The notes below the pieces were generated by a model, which saw only the letters and a program-made list of their open reading frames with translations, made no database searches and had not been told where the DNA came from. Shown here piece by piece: positions 1 through 11,955 of a stretch of DNA of 64,000 bases (position 1 is the stretch's first letter; the number at the start of each line of letters is the position of its first letter). Made by a program: the position numbers and the translations under genes. The stretch covers positions 5,396,001-5,460,000 of the forward strand of contig CM075996.1 of NCBI GenBank assembly GCA_038087875.1. The letters are read 5' to 3'. Source of the stretch: Malacoraja senta. Lineage: Eukaryota.

Positions 1-370
1 TGAACCTGGCCGTTGTAGTCTTCAGGCTCCTGTACCTTCTACCTGAAGGTAGCGGGGAGATGAGTGTGTGGCCAGGATGTTGTGGGTCATTGATGATACT
101 GCCAGCCTTTTTGAGGCTGCGATAGATCCCCTCGATGGAAGGAAGGTCAGAGCCGATGATGGACTGGGCAGTGTTTAATACTTTTTGTGGTCTTTTCCTC
201 TCCAGGGCGCTCAAGTTGCCGAACCAAGCCACGATCAGCAACCGGTCAGCATGCTCTCTACTGTGCACCTGTAGAAGTTAGAGAGAGTCCTCCTTGACAA
301 ACCGACTCTCCGTAATCTTCTCAGGAAGTAGAGGCGCTGATGTGCTTTCTTGATAATTGCATCAGTGTTC
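1..370 (-). mobile_element. Rex1/Babar-type LINE fragment
   Basis: Close match to the copies at 42.5-42.7 kb and 55.5-55.7 kb, whose minus strand encodes IIKDPHHPGH...LPSGRRYRS. Confidence 0.75.
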
Positions 371-374
371 TCGG

Positions 375-525
375 ACAAGGCCTGCTGGATCTCCCGATTG
401 CTAACCATTTTATCTTACCTCCCCCATTCCCATGCCGACCTTTCTGTCCTGGGCCTCCTCCATTGCCAGATCGAGGTCACACGCATACTGGAGGAACAGC
501 ACCTCATATTCTGCTTGGGTAGCTC
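375..525 (+). mobile_element. Degenerate Penelope GIY-YIG C-terminal fragment (other degenerate pieces at ~13200-13570 minus and ~22860-23080 plus)
   Basis: LPIANHF / SHADLSVLGLLHCQ...LEEQHLIFCLGS aligns by eye to the 20.2-20.5 kb ORF. Confidence 0.75.
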
Positions 526-3500
526 TCAAAAAACACTTGCAAGTTAACAAAGATCAAACTCTGTAATAAGAGTTGCACAACATTTCGCAAGTCAGCTGGG
601 CAGAGTTTTTGAAATACTGATTTAAAAAAAAACAACCACATTAGCTCCCCACCAAAGAGGAGTGGAATTTTCCATTACTGCATTCCAAGGATTTCCACTC
701 CTGGCCAAAAGCTTTGCTCTTTTCATCACCACTGCTGCTAAACAAACACAACACTCCAGTACTCAGGGGCACATCCACACAGAAACAGCGACGGACCAGT
801 TTGCTCTCATACTAATGTTCCATTCAACACGAACAACCACCATTTCTTCCGAGGAGATAATTATTCCTCAAATATTTCAGACTGAAGTTATCGCCAAGAC
901 ACAGCATTTTTTTTATTAAGCTGCTATGTTAGAACATTCTGTGAGCAAAATCCATAGACACAAAGTGCTGGAGTAACTCAGCGGATCAGGAAGCATCCAT
1001 GGAGAACATGGATAATAGACAATAGACAATAGGTGCAGGAGTAGGCCATTCGGCCCTTCATGCCAGCACCGCCATTCAATGTGATCATGACTGATCATCC
1101 CCAATCAGTACTCCGTTCCCGCCTTCTCCCCATATCCCCTGAAAAGGCTATCTTTAAGAGCCCTATCTAGCTCTTGATAGGTAAGTGATGTTATCTAGAT
1201 AGGTGAGGCTCCAGGTCAGAACCCTTCTTCCTCAACTGCTAGAAGTCCATTGCTCCACAGAGCCTGTCATCAAAGTGAAGAGAGACACAAAAAACTGGAG
1301 TAACTCAGCGGGTCAGACAGCATCTTTGGAGAAAAGGAATAGGTGATGTTTCGGGTTGAGACCGTTCATCAGACTTGTCCTCAAAGTGGTCTTTTCTGCC
1401 TTGATGTCAAACTCCTTGCATTTTTTGAAGCCCAAAGCCGGTCATCCTCGTGATAACATTTTGCCCCTACATTGTCCATTCCGCGGCGTTTCTGGCTACC
1501 CAGAATTGACAGTCCTTTTCTTTATCGCCCTGTTTTCTCTCTCCCTCCCAAACGTGCCACTGTGGGAGGCTGCAACTCATGGAGAGAGATTAGGAAAACC
1601 GGCCCTATATGCCTGTTCAATGAACAGAAATGTCAAATAGTGCTGTTCAAAGTAGTTGGGGGTGTCTGCAATCATTAGCCAACTTTCTTCATTCAACCAA
1701 AACAAATTAAATGGTCATTCATTTGATTATGTACGTGGAACCTTGCCAGGTGCAAAGTGGTTGCCACAATCTTCGACATAACAGCTCAGAAAGCAATTAA
1801 CTGACTGAGATGCAGTCTGGGGCATTCTGATGACACAAGTAACACTATACAAATGGAATTATTTTCTCCTTTCCTTAACATAGTCAACATCGGAGAAATC
1901 AATTGTACAGCAGAGGAAGAGGATATCAGGCAGAACACACTGAGAAAATTTAATACTGAATCAAAGGGAGACTTGGCAAAATAGGTACTGTAGTTAACAA
2001 TTTATTGGTCTATTATTGTCATGTGTACAGTGGAAAACTGTTTTGCATGTTAACCAGGCAGATCGTACTAAATATGATAGTGCAAAATAGAAAGGAAACA
2101 GAACACAGAATATAGTGTTATGGCTACAGAAGAAAGTGCAGATTAAAACAAAAAGTACAAAGGTCACAATAGGGTAGATTGGAAGATCGAGAATACTTCC
2201 TGAGAGGTCCATTTGAGAGGCTGATAACAGGGAAGAAGCCGTCTTGAATCTATTGATACGTGCTTTGCCGAAGGGCCTGTTTCCCCGCTGTATCACTAAC
2301 AAAGGGAGAAGAGTGAATGATCGGGGCGTGGGTAATTCTTGATTTTGTTGGCTGCTTTCCTGAGGCAGCATGAAGTGTAGATGGAGTTGTTGGAGGGAGA
2401 CTGGTTTGCACAATGGTCTGGGTTGCACCCACAACTCCCTGCAATTTCTTATGATTCTTGGGCAGATCAATTGCAACACCAAGGTGCGATGCGTCCCAAT
2501 GGTACGGTGCCTGGATAGAAACTTGCAGGAGTCATTGGAGTCATGCTGAATTTCCTTAGTGTTCTGAGGAAGTGAAGGCATTTCAAATTGTTGATATTTA
2601 GTTTAGTTTAGAGATACAGGCCCTTCGGCCCACTGACTCCGCGTCGACCAGCGATCCCCACACACTAACACTAGCCGACACACACTTTTACCGAAGCCAA
2701 GTAACCTACCAACCTGTACGTCTTTGGAGCGTGGGAGGACACCAGAGATCCTGGAGAAAACCCATGCAGGTCAAGGGGAGAATGTACAAACTCCGTACAT
2801 ACAGCACCCATGGTCAGGATCTCTGGCGCTGTAAGGCAGTAACTCTACCACTATGCCGCCCAAGGATGCCGAGGATCTTGAAGCTCTTGACCATCTTTAC
2901 TTCAGTGCCAAACTAGGGTGTGGGCACTCCACCTTGCTTCCTGAAGTTGATGACCAGCTCCTTCATTTTGCTGACACTGAGGGAGAAGCGTCTTGGCGCA
3001 AGAAATCCCCAGAATCGGACAGTTTCAATGGCTTTAAAAGCTGTATGTAGGAACATTACACTTGTACGTAGGAACATTAGGGCCTAAAAATAATGTTCCA
3101 ATGTTCCCTTGACTTGGGAACAAGTGACAATTGGAAAACTCTGCACATTACACTAAATGGTAGGAATGATCTTAGACCACTTACCCCAAAAATGTTAAAT
3201 TTTAGGAAATTTAATCGAGCCAAGATTCTAATGTCCTTGGAAATATTTTGTTTCGAGAGCAGGTATGATGCACAAATATTTGTGCATAAATAGATTATGA
3301 TGAGCCGATGACACAGAGTCTGGCTGTATTGTATGCTGTGTGGACAGAACATTAAATTGCAAAGAGATATTAATAGATTGAACAACCGGGTACAATTGTG
3401 CCAAATGGATTTCATCTTAGGCAATGTGAGGCCATCCATTTTGGATTAATTAGGAAAGAACAGAGGACTTGCAAAATGGTGAAAATCCAGAAGCAATCAC

Positions 3501-6500
3501 AGCCCAGAGAGATTTAAGAGCTTATAGGCATAGGTTAGTAAATTGTCATGGGCAGAAAGTAAGTAGACTAATGGAATGTGTAGAAAAGAACTGCAGATGC
3601 TGGTATATACCGAAAATAGACACAGTGCTGGAGTAACTCAGTGGGTCAGGGCAGCATCTCTGGAGAAAAAGGATGGGTGACGTTTTGGATGGGATTTGAA
3701 GAAGGGTCCCAACCCAAAACATCACAGCTGATGTCACTGGAAATACAGCAGTCTGTCTCAAGGAAGGTTGATACCTCTGCACTTAGTGTCATAGAGAGAT
3801 ACAGCATGGAAACAGGCCCTTCAGTCCAAATTGCCCACACCAGGCAACGTGTCCCAGCTACACTAGTCCCACCTACCCGCATTTGATCCATATACCTCCA
3901 AAAACTGTCCGATCCATGTACCTGTAACTGTTTCTGTTGAGATAGCCTCCGCCTCAAACACCTCCTGTGGCAGCTTGTTCCATACACCCACCACCCTTTG
4001 TGTGGGAAAAGCAACCCCTCAGATTCCTTATCCCCTTCACCTTAAACCTATGTCCACTGGTCCTCGATTCCCCTACTCTGGGCAAGAGACTCTGTGCATC
4101 TACCCGATCTATATACACCTCTCTATAGGATTACCCCTCATCCTCCTGCGCTCCAAGGAATGGAGTCCCAGCCTACTCAACCTCTCCCTATAGCTAAGAC
4201 TCTCTAGTCCTGGCAACATCCTCGTAAAAACTTTGACCTCAACTGAAATTATCAACCAGTCCAGTCAAACACGTAATTTTATCTACAGCAATGACTGGAT
4301 GACAGCAGATTAACAACTACTTTGCTTGGATTGATCGCACAGACAGCTGCACTCGGCAGGTCGACTGACTGACTGCCATCTGCTCACCAACTTCAACAAA
4401 ACTCAAACATATTACAGATTATCCTCTTCCTCTCTGTAACTGCGATACGAGTACAAAACCAAATATCACCTGGAAAGGCATCCATCTCACTCACAGCAAG
4501 TTCTCAGTTTATCTCAGGTGAAACGTTGCCCAACTGAGAGAATGAATAGTAGATGTGAAAAATCATAAGGTGCTTGCAAGCTCAAAATGGCAGGTACATC
4601 CACTCACCATTAAAACTTCCACATGTGCCCCGTGTTACTGCAGTGCCAAATAAGCTTGCTTTGTGGGAGAACACCGAGCCCAAAAAAACTACCCAGTGCT
4701 AAATGACAGTTGTAGGACCTTACACGAATGAACATCAACAGTTTGCTCGTCCTCATTGCAGTAGCACCATTAGAGTTGTGGCCAGTTATGTAGAAAATAA
4801 GTTTAGTTTGGAGACACAGTGTGGAAACAGGCCATTGGGCCCACCCAGTCCGCGATCTCCTACACTAACACTATCCTACACACACTAGGGACAAGTTATA
4901 TCAAACCAATGAGCCTGCAAACCTGTATGCTTTGGAGTGTGGGGGGAAACCAGAGATCCCAGAGTAAACCCACGCAGACCAACAGGGAGAAAGTACAAAC
5001 TCCGTACAGACAGCACAAAAATTTGCTTGGCTGTATTTTTATTTAACAACTCCTTCGGCATCACACTAAGTGTCAAACCAATGCCAGGCACCTTCTACAC
5101 CATCACGCGGCTGCAGAAAGAGTCAAGCTAGAGCTTCTTCATGACAACAGATGGCCACGCTAAGTGTGATGACTTGTGATGGGCTTGACTTTAACACATT
5201 CTGGTGAATGAGAGTGGGACGAGGGACATGGGGGTAGGTTAGCCCAGGTACAGGGGCAAGTCAGCAGTTTCCTGCAGGAGTAAAGGAGAAAACGATGTAA
5301 AAGGCATGAAGCTGCCTTGACCCCAAGCTGTGTTGAAAAGGATCAACGTTGGAATGGAGCTGCATTATTACACGGTGATTGCACCGAGGAGCAAGCAACA
5401 CCCTCTGGTTTTCCCAGCGTTTGAAGATGCACAATGCGTGTGGGATTTTGCCAAGTCTCTGAGATCTGTGCATTGTGCCCATCAACAGGAAGATCTAGGG
5501 ATCTGGTCGATGAATGAAGGAAGGAAGGGGTACTATGGAGATTTATTGGGATTGACACCATCAAGGATTAAATCACGGGGAGAGATTATACAAACTGCAA
5601 TTGAGATGTCTAAACGTGATTCGAGTGATGTTGTCAAAATATTAAAGAGACCCGATAGCATTCACCACTCAAATGCACAGATGGCTCTGCAGTATATCTG
5701 CTGCTTCAAGTCTCTTATTATGGAATGGGTATGAAGGAACTGCAGATGCCGGTTTAAACCGAAGATAGACACAAACGCTGGTGAAACTCAGCAGGACAGG
5801 CAGCATCTCTGAAGAGAAGGAAAGGGTGACGTTTCGGGGTCAAGACAAGTCTCTCGACCGCGAAACGTCACCATTCCTTCTCTCCAGAGATGCTGCCTGT
5901 CCCGCTGAGTTACTCCAGCACTTTGTGTCCATCTCTTTAATTATGGAATCTCATTCAAGCAAAAGATTCCATCCCAGTAGGTGCCACTGAAATGTCCTCT
6001 TGCATTTTGAAGTGACATTCATCTGATTTATGTTTAAGAAAGAACTGCAGATGCTGGAAATATCTAAGGTAGATCAGTCTGAAGAAGGGTCTCGACCTGA
6101 AACGTCACCTCCATAGATGCTGCCTCACCCGCTAAGTTTCCCCAGCATTTGTGTCTACCTTCATCTGATTTAGGCAACATCCCTTCTTCCTCCAAATAAT
6201 ATGTACCTGTGCGATGAAACCTGGCTTTGCTGCAAGCTGTTCCGAGAGGGGAAACCATTATCATGAAGGTTAACTGCTTCTACGCTCATCAGAAGATTGC
6301 TGCAGACCAGTTCTGCTCCATTACACACAAACCGTTGCTGCAGCAAAAACATTTGAGCTCCCATTTTTCGAATTCACCAAAAACACAGGTTTTTCCCCAC
6401 ACCAGTGTTAAGCGGAATGGTTTGCTGATATTGCAAGATTAAAATAAAAATATAGACAATTCACCAGGAAAGGAAGAAATACAGAACTGGGGCATGGCTG

Positions 6501-7349
6501 TGCAGTTTATAAAGTGACCTTGAATTTTCCAGGCAGAAAACTCCAGCGACGTTAGTATTTTGATAGGTCAAGGGTTGAAGCTGAAGATGGGAAGAGAGCC
6601 AGAACATCGATAGAACATCAAAGGAATGCAGAGGAAATGCGAACCCATCATCTAACTAAGGTCAGCTCTTTCTTTTGCTTCTATAAAACACAAAGCTTGT
6701 ATCCTCTGCCTGGGAGATTTGTCCTTACTGCCCGGATTCCCATGGTGCACTTACTCCAGTGTCGGGCAGAGTTATGTGCCAACTAATGCCAACCCTTATT
6801 TATAATAGGAACATTTACTCAGGGACAAGCTCAATCCTCGCAGATTTGTGTTTCAAACATGAAATACGGCCCAGTTTTCTTTCCACATCGTCAGCCTAAG
6901 CTTCAATTGGATCTTTACTGAGAAATGGTAATCCTGCTGGCTCGGGGACAGAAAGCAGTGAATCGAGCTTACTGTGTAGTAATTACATGATGGAACGTAG
7001 AAAAATAAGAACATTGCCGGCTTGAATAAACTTTTGTTTGCATTCATTAAGCTCCGGCGACTTGCAATAGTTCACTCAAAGGAGACACCTTGGTCCAAAT
7101 TTAAATGTTGTTCTCTCCCTCTTTGCTCAATAAGGAAGCTGGAACACTTACTCACCATTAAACGGTCAAATGCAGAAAAGCTAAATCACGTTGCCAGCTT
7201 TTGATTATGCCTGAAAGGGAGGGGGAGTTGGCAGTCGGGAAGGAAGGACAAGCTCACATAGAGGCTTCCGTATCCTTGTCATGTGCTCCGGCAACCACGC
7301 AGGCGATAAATTATCTTTAAAATGTGTTGACTGCTGCACCATAGGCAAT

Positions 7350-7592
7350 CGGAGCAAGCAATTTGCTCAGAGCAAGGCTCCACAAATAGTCAGCAGATAG
7401 ATGACCTGTAAATCTGTATTCCTTTGGTGGCGTTGGTTGAGACATAAATGTGGGCCAGGACACCAGATGAAACCTCCTGTGTTTCTGTGAAGAGTGCCAA
7501 GGGATCTTTCCCAGCAATTTACGAAGATGAATGGGACCTCTGTTCAGTGTTCCTTTTACTGAAAAGACAGCACTTCCTACAGCCCAGCATTC
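7350..7592 (-). mobile_element. Old Deu-domain SINE (SacSINE1-like) remnant; similar remnants at ~1630-1860 plus and ~12200-12495 minus
   Basis: GTTGGTTGAGACATAAATGTGGGCCAGGACACCAG...AGTGCCAAGGGATCTTT resembles the reverse complement of the Deu-SINE core (recognised from memory). Confidence 0.55.
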
Positions 7593-9195
7593 ATTCAATA
7601 AGCTGGGACGAGTCGAACAACCCAGTCCCTTTAAATACGACATTGGAAGACTGATAGGATGAAGGTGCCAGATAGGAAATATCCACATTATTGATCAAGC
7701 GCTGTAAAAGAGGGGAATCATGGAGCCAAAAAAGTTACCATTTTGAGTAAAGTGAGATGGTGGGGTAGTCTAATAACTTGAATCAATGCAGTGATGAGGA
7801 GAGGGAGAGAAAAAAAATCTAGTCTTGGCTCTCAGTCTTAAATCATGCTCTATTGACTTCAACTCAATAAAGGATTGAGGATCAACTACTGGTGCAGTGC
7901 TTTCCACAACTTATCCAAAACTCAGCGGCACACACTTGTGAAGTAAGGCACCTGAATGACATTAGAAAGCGGCCAGTGATCCTAGTCAGTGCCTTCAAAC
8001 AAAAACACACCAAAGGCAAAAGAAAATCAAAGCTGGCAACAGAAAAGCAGATTGCAAGAACGTCGACTTGAAAGCCTGAAAGTCCTTATGAAATTAAATC
8101 TCTGCTGTAATGACCAAAAGTGCTCCTTCACACAGCACAATGATAAGATGCAGATGCAGGCTGTCCTTGGGTTAGGTATGCCCGACTTATGGACACCTCG
8201 AAATGCGATTGAGCCCCCGTATTATTAAATTCCAACTTTGATGTACATGTGTACATACATACGAGTGGTAGAACTCATGTTTTCTATAGTAGCCCAAGAT
8301 CTTTTATAGTAGCCCAAGGAGCTGGTTTACTGTGGGGGAAAAAAGAACTGCAGATGCTGGTTTACAAAGACAAAGGCACTAAGTGCTGAAGTAGCTCAGG
8401 CAGCAAATCTGGAGAACATGGATAGGCGACGTTTCCGGTCAGGACCTTTCTTCTGACTGACTAATCGGAAAGATGGAACACAATTACGAGCGAACAGGCA
8501 AGAGTGGAAATAGTAGAGCTTGAAAAACAGTTTATGTTGCAAGCTTTGGGAATATTCTTGGATTTATTTTTGGTTTAAAAAAAAATCAGAACAGAGCTGT
8601 GAAATGTGACAACAATATTAACATCACATCTACTGTATAAATTCAATGCTATTATGTGGAATTTGGTAAAGTTCAAGCTTGCTGGAAGCATTCAAACGCC
8701 TACATTTATATAGTATTTTAATGCAGTAAAATATCCAAGGCATTTTGCAGGGGCATAATCAGATTAGTGAAAGAGATTAGATTTAAGATAAGAGATAGGA
8801 GCAGAATTAGGCCATTTGGCCCATCTACTCCGCTATTCAATCATATCTGATCTATCTCTCTCTCTCCGAACCCCATTCACCCGCCTTCTCCCTATAACCT
8901 CTGACACCTGTATTAATCAAGAATCTATATCTCTGCCTTAAAAATATCTGCGAATTTGGCCTCCACAGCCTTCTGTGGCAAAGAATTCCACAGATTCACC
9001 ACCCTCTGACTAAAGAAATTCCTCCTCATCTCCTTCTGAGGCTATGACCTCTAGTCCTAGACTCTCCCACTAGTGGAAACCTCTCCACATCCACTCTATC
9101 CAAGCCTTTCACTATTCTGTACATTTCTATGAGGCCCCCCTATTTCTTCTAAACTCCAGCGAGTATAGGCCCAGTACCGTCAAATGTCAAACTTA

Positions 9196-9362
9196 AGGGC
9201 CTGTCCCATTTGGGCGTTATTTGCGCGACATCATTTACGCGTCACGACGCATGGCGCGTGGTGACGTAGGCAGTGACGCGCGGCGTCCCAGGATTTGGGG
9301 ATTCTCAAAATCCTCGTGCGCCACCTGCGTGCCGCGCAAATGACGCCCAAGTGGGACAGGCC
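9196..9362. mobile_element. PIF/Harbinger-like MITE
   Basis: AGGGCCTGTCCCATTTGGGCG ... CGCCCAAGTGGGACAGGCC, CpG-rich interior. Confidence 0.7.
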
Positions 9363-10077
9363 ATCAGAGGGGCCAAAGGGAGAATAGCAGTGTTCAGAAA
9401 CCACGTCACTTTGTTTTAGCAACTCTAATCATAACATTCAGCAATACAATTAGATTACAGTTTGTGTCCTATTCTTGTAGTGTGAAGCAGAGGTATTTAT
9501 AAGTTGGATACTGATAATTACAATGATATCACAAAGGAACAATTTACAATATCAAACATTTATACCTGCAAACACTGCCTTGCATTCTCCACTGCGCCCA
9601 GGGTAAACTATTTAAGTGGATTCGTTCATTGTGAAGTTGCTGCAGTGCTACAGCTGGTCAGGAGGTGTCACGAACAGCTAACAATTTCTGCTGTATATGT
9701 GAACAGAAGCATCAGACAAACTCCTACAAAATACAATTCAGTGGATATTACAGTTCCAACAACATTAGGTCTCTGCTGCTGTCTTTTTTTAAACTTGGGC
9801 TGTCAATTCTAAGTGCTGCATTGTTCCTTCACACACTTCAACCTCACTTCCACATGCAGAAACAACAGTGGTTGCATCTCTGGCGGTGCCAGGGAGTTGG
9901 CCCATGCAGGTGGTGAGAGGTAGGCACCAAGACAGCGGGCCTTATCACCAGTGCCCAATCAGGCTGACAAATGGGGTTTTTGTGTAGGAAGGAACTGCAG
10001 AAGCCGGTTTACAGCAATGATAGACACAAAATGCTGGAGTAACTCAGTGGGAGTATCTCTAGATAGAAGGAATGGAT

Positions 10078-10462
10078 GACAATAGACAATAGGTGCAGGA
10101 GTAGGCCATTTGGCCCTTCGAGCCAGCACCGCCATTCAATGTGATCATGGCTGAACATCCCCAATCAGTACCCCGCCGTTCCTGCCTTATCCCCATTTCC
10201 CCTGACTCCGCTATCTTTAAGAGCCCTATCTAGCTCTCTCTTGAAAGTATCCAGAGAACCGGCCTCCACCGCCCTCTGAGGCAGAGAATTCCACAGACTC
10301 ACAACTCTCTGTGAGAAAAAGTGTTTCCTCGTCTCCGTTCTAAATGGCTTACCCCTTATTCTTAAACTGTGGCCCCTGGTTCTGGACTCTCCCAACATCG
10401 GGAACATGTTTCCTGTCTCTAGCGTGTCCAAGCCCTTAACAATCTTATATGTTTCAATGAGA
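10078..10462 (-). mobile_element. CR1 3' fragment nested in a Penelope-derived repeat (similar short CR1 3' ends at ~1015-1172, 8790-9185, 37118-37272, 38605-38988, 46495-46770, 52139-52570, 59245-59630, 62483-63110)
   Basis: Shared RVVSLWNSLPQRAVEA-type coding end and the 3' UTR TGAATGGCGGTGCTGGCTCGAAGGGCCGAATGGCCTACTCCTGCACC. Confidence 0.88.
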
Positions 10463-11672
10463 TAATAATGATGACGTTTCGGGTCGAGACCCCGAAGGGT
10501 TAGGGTTAGGGTTAACCTTAACCCTAACGTTACCCATTCCTTCTATCCAGAGATGCTCCCGCTCAGTTACTCCAGCATTTTGTGTCTAATTGGGGATTTT
10601 CCTTCCCAAGCCTGTAGCAAAGCAGCCACCTCCTGGCCATCAAAGCAGAGTGTTGTCCCTCTCACTCCTTGGTCCTCACTGAAAGATGTCAACTGACAGC
10701 TGAGGAACAACAGTGGCTGGTTTTCAATGAGAGTCACAGAACACCCCCATTATTAGCAACGAACAATGTGTTTGTTCGCTGAATTAACACACACCGCACT
10801 CCTAAAAGGAAAATGTAAGATAGAGTCACACAGCGTGGAAACAGGCCCTTCGGCCTAACTTGCCCACACCACCCAATATGGCCCATCTACACTAGTCCCA
10901 CCTGCCTGTGTTTGGCCTATTTCTCTCTAAACTTACACTATCCATGTAGCTGTTTAAATGTTTCTTAATATATTGCAATAGTACCTGCCTCGACTACCTC
11001 CACCTGCAGCTCGTTCCGTACAACCACCACCATTTGTGTAAATAACTTACCCCTCAGATTCCTTTTAAATCTTTCCCCCCTCACCTTGAAACATTGCTAA
11101 CTGTCTCCTGATTTTTAGAATTACTGCCATGTCCAAAAATAATTATTACTATTACATTTTTTGCCATCTTGTCAGCAATTTAGCTACAATGTTTGTGAAG
11201 TTCATCACACAATTTAGAGCTTTGGATACATGGAAGCAATCGTACAATGAATGCCTGTATTACCTTATGACTATTTGGATTGACTCCCACTGAAAATTGA
11301 TTGGTGCTTTAAATAAAACCTATTATAAAGCTATAATTATCTTCTCTGCTGTCTGGATTTATAGAAAATTAGTAGGGCGGCACCGTGGTACAGCTGCTGC
11401 CACGCAGTGCCAGTAACCTGGGTTCAATCCTCTCTGTGTGGAGTTTGGACACTCTCAATGACTGCATCGGTTTCCTCCGGGTGCTCTGGCTTCCGCCTAC
11501 ATCCCAAAGACACGCGGGATTGCAAGTTAATTGGCCTCTGTAAAAATGGGATCATACAGAACTAGTGTAAACAGATGATCAATGGTCAGCATGGAACGGG
11601 TGGGCCGAAGGGTCTGTTTCCATGGCGTATCTCTAAAACGAAACTAAAATCAACTCATGAACACGTTGAGGG

Positions 11673-11955
11673 AGGCACAGAGGTGCAGCGGTAGAGTTGC
11701 TGCCTCGCCACACCAGAGACCCGGCTTCGATCTTGACTGCAGGTTCTGTCTGTACAGAGTTTGTCCGTTTGCCCCCGTGACCGCTCGGTTTCCCCCGGGT
11801 GCTCCGGCTTCTTCCCACATTCCAAAGAAGTGTGGGTTTGCGGGTTAATTGGCTTCTGTAAATTGTGTAGGAGAGTGCGAGTGTATTGCTGGTCGGCGTG
11901 GACTCGGTGGGCTGGAGGGCCCGTTTCCATGCTGTATCTCTAAGCTAAACTAAAC
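11673..11955 (+). mobile_element. tRNA-derived V-domain SINE (HE1-like) with a CR1-type tail. Other copies at ~2597-2860, 4800-5015, 11375-11640, 18740-19045, 26785-27090, 27230-27435, 28386-28650, 29218-29525, 48063-48360 and 49795-50210.
   Basis: A-box/B-box-like head (GTGCAGCGGTAG...GGCTTCGATCTT), central GAGTTTG..CGTT..CCCCGTG core, tail GGGCCCGTTTCCATGCTGTATCTCTAAGCTAAACTAAAC. Confidence 0.8.

Noticed and set aside
3690..3725. Additional hammerhead-like cores here and at ~8427, 20642, 34483, 53067 and 57898
   Set aside because: Catalytic boxes or the cleavage triplet are mutated or truncated, so they are counted only as decayed repeat copies.
5330..5734. 134-aa ORF as a possible host gene exon
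   Set aside because: No recognisable motif or convincing splice signals. Treated as a chance ORF in intronic sequence.
11673..11745. tRNA-like A/B boxes as a possible tRNA gene
   Set aside because: No full cloverleaf, and the head continues into a SINE body repeated many times in the window.
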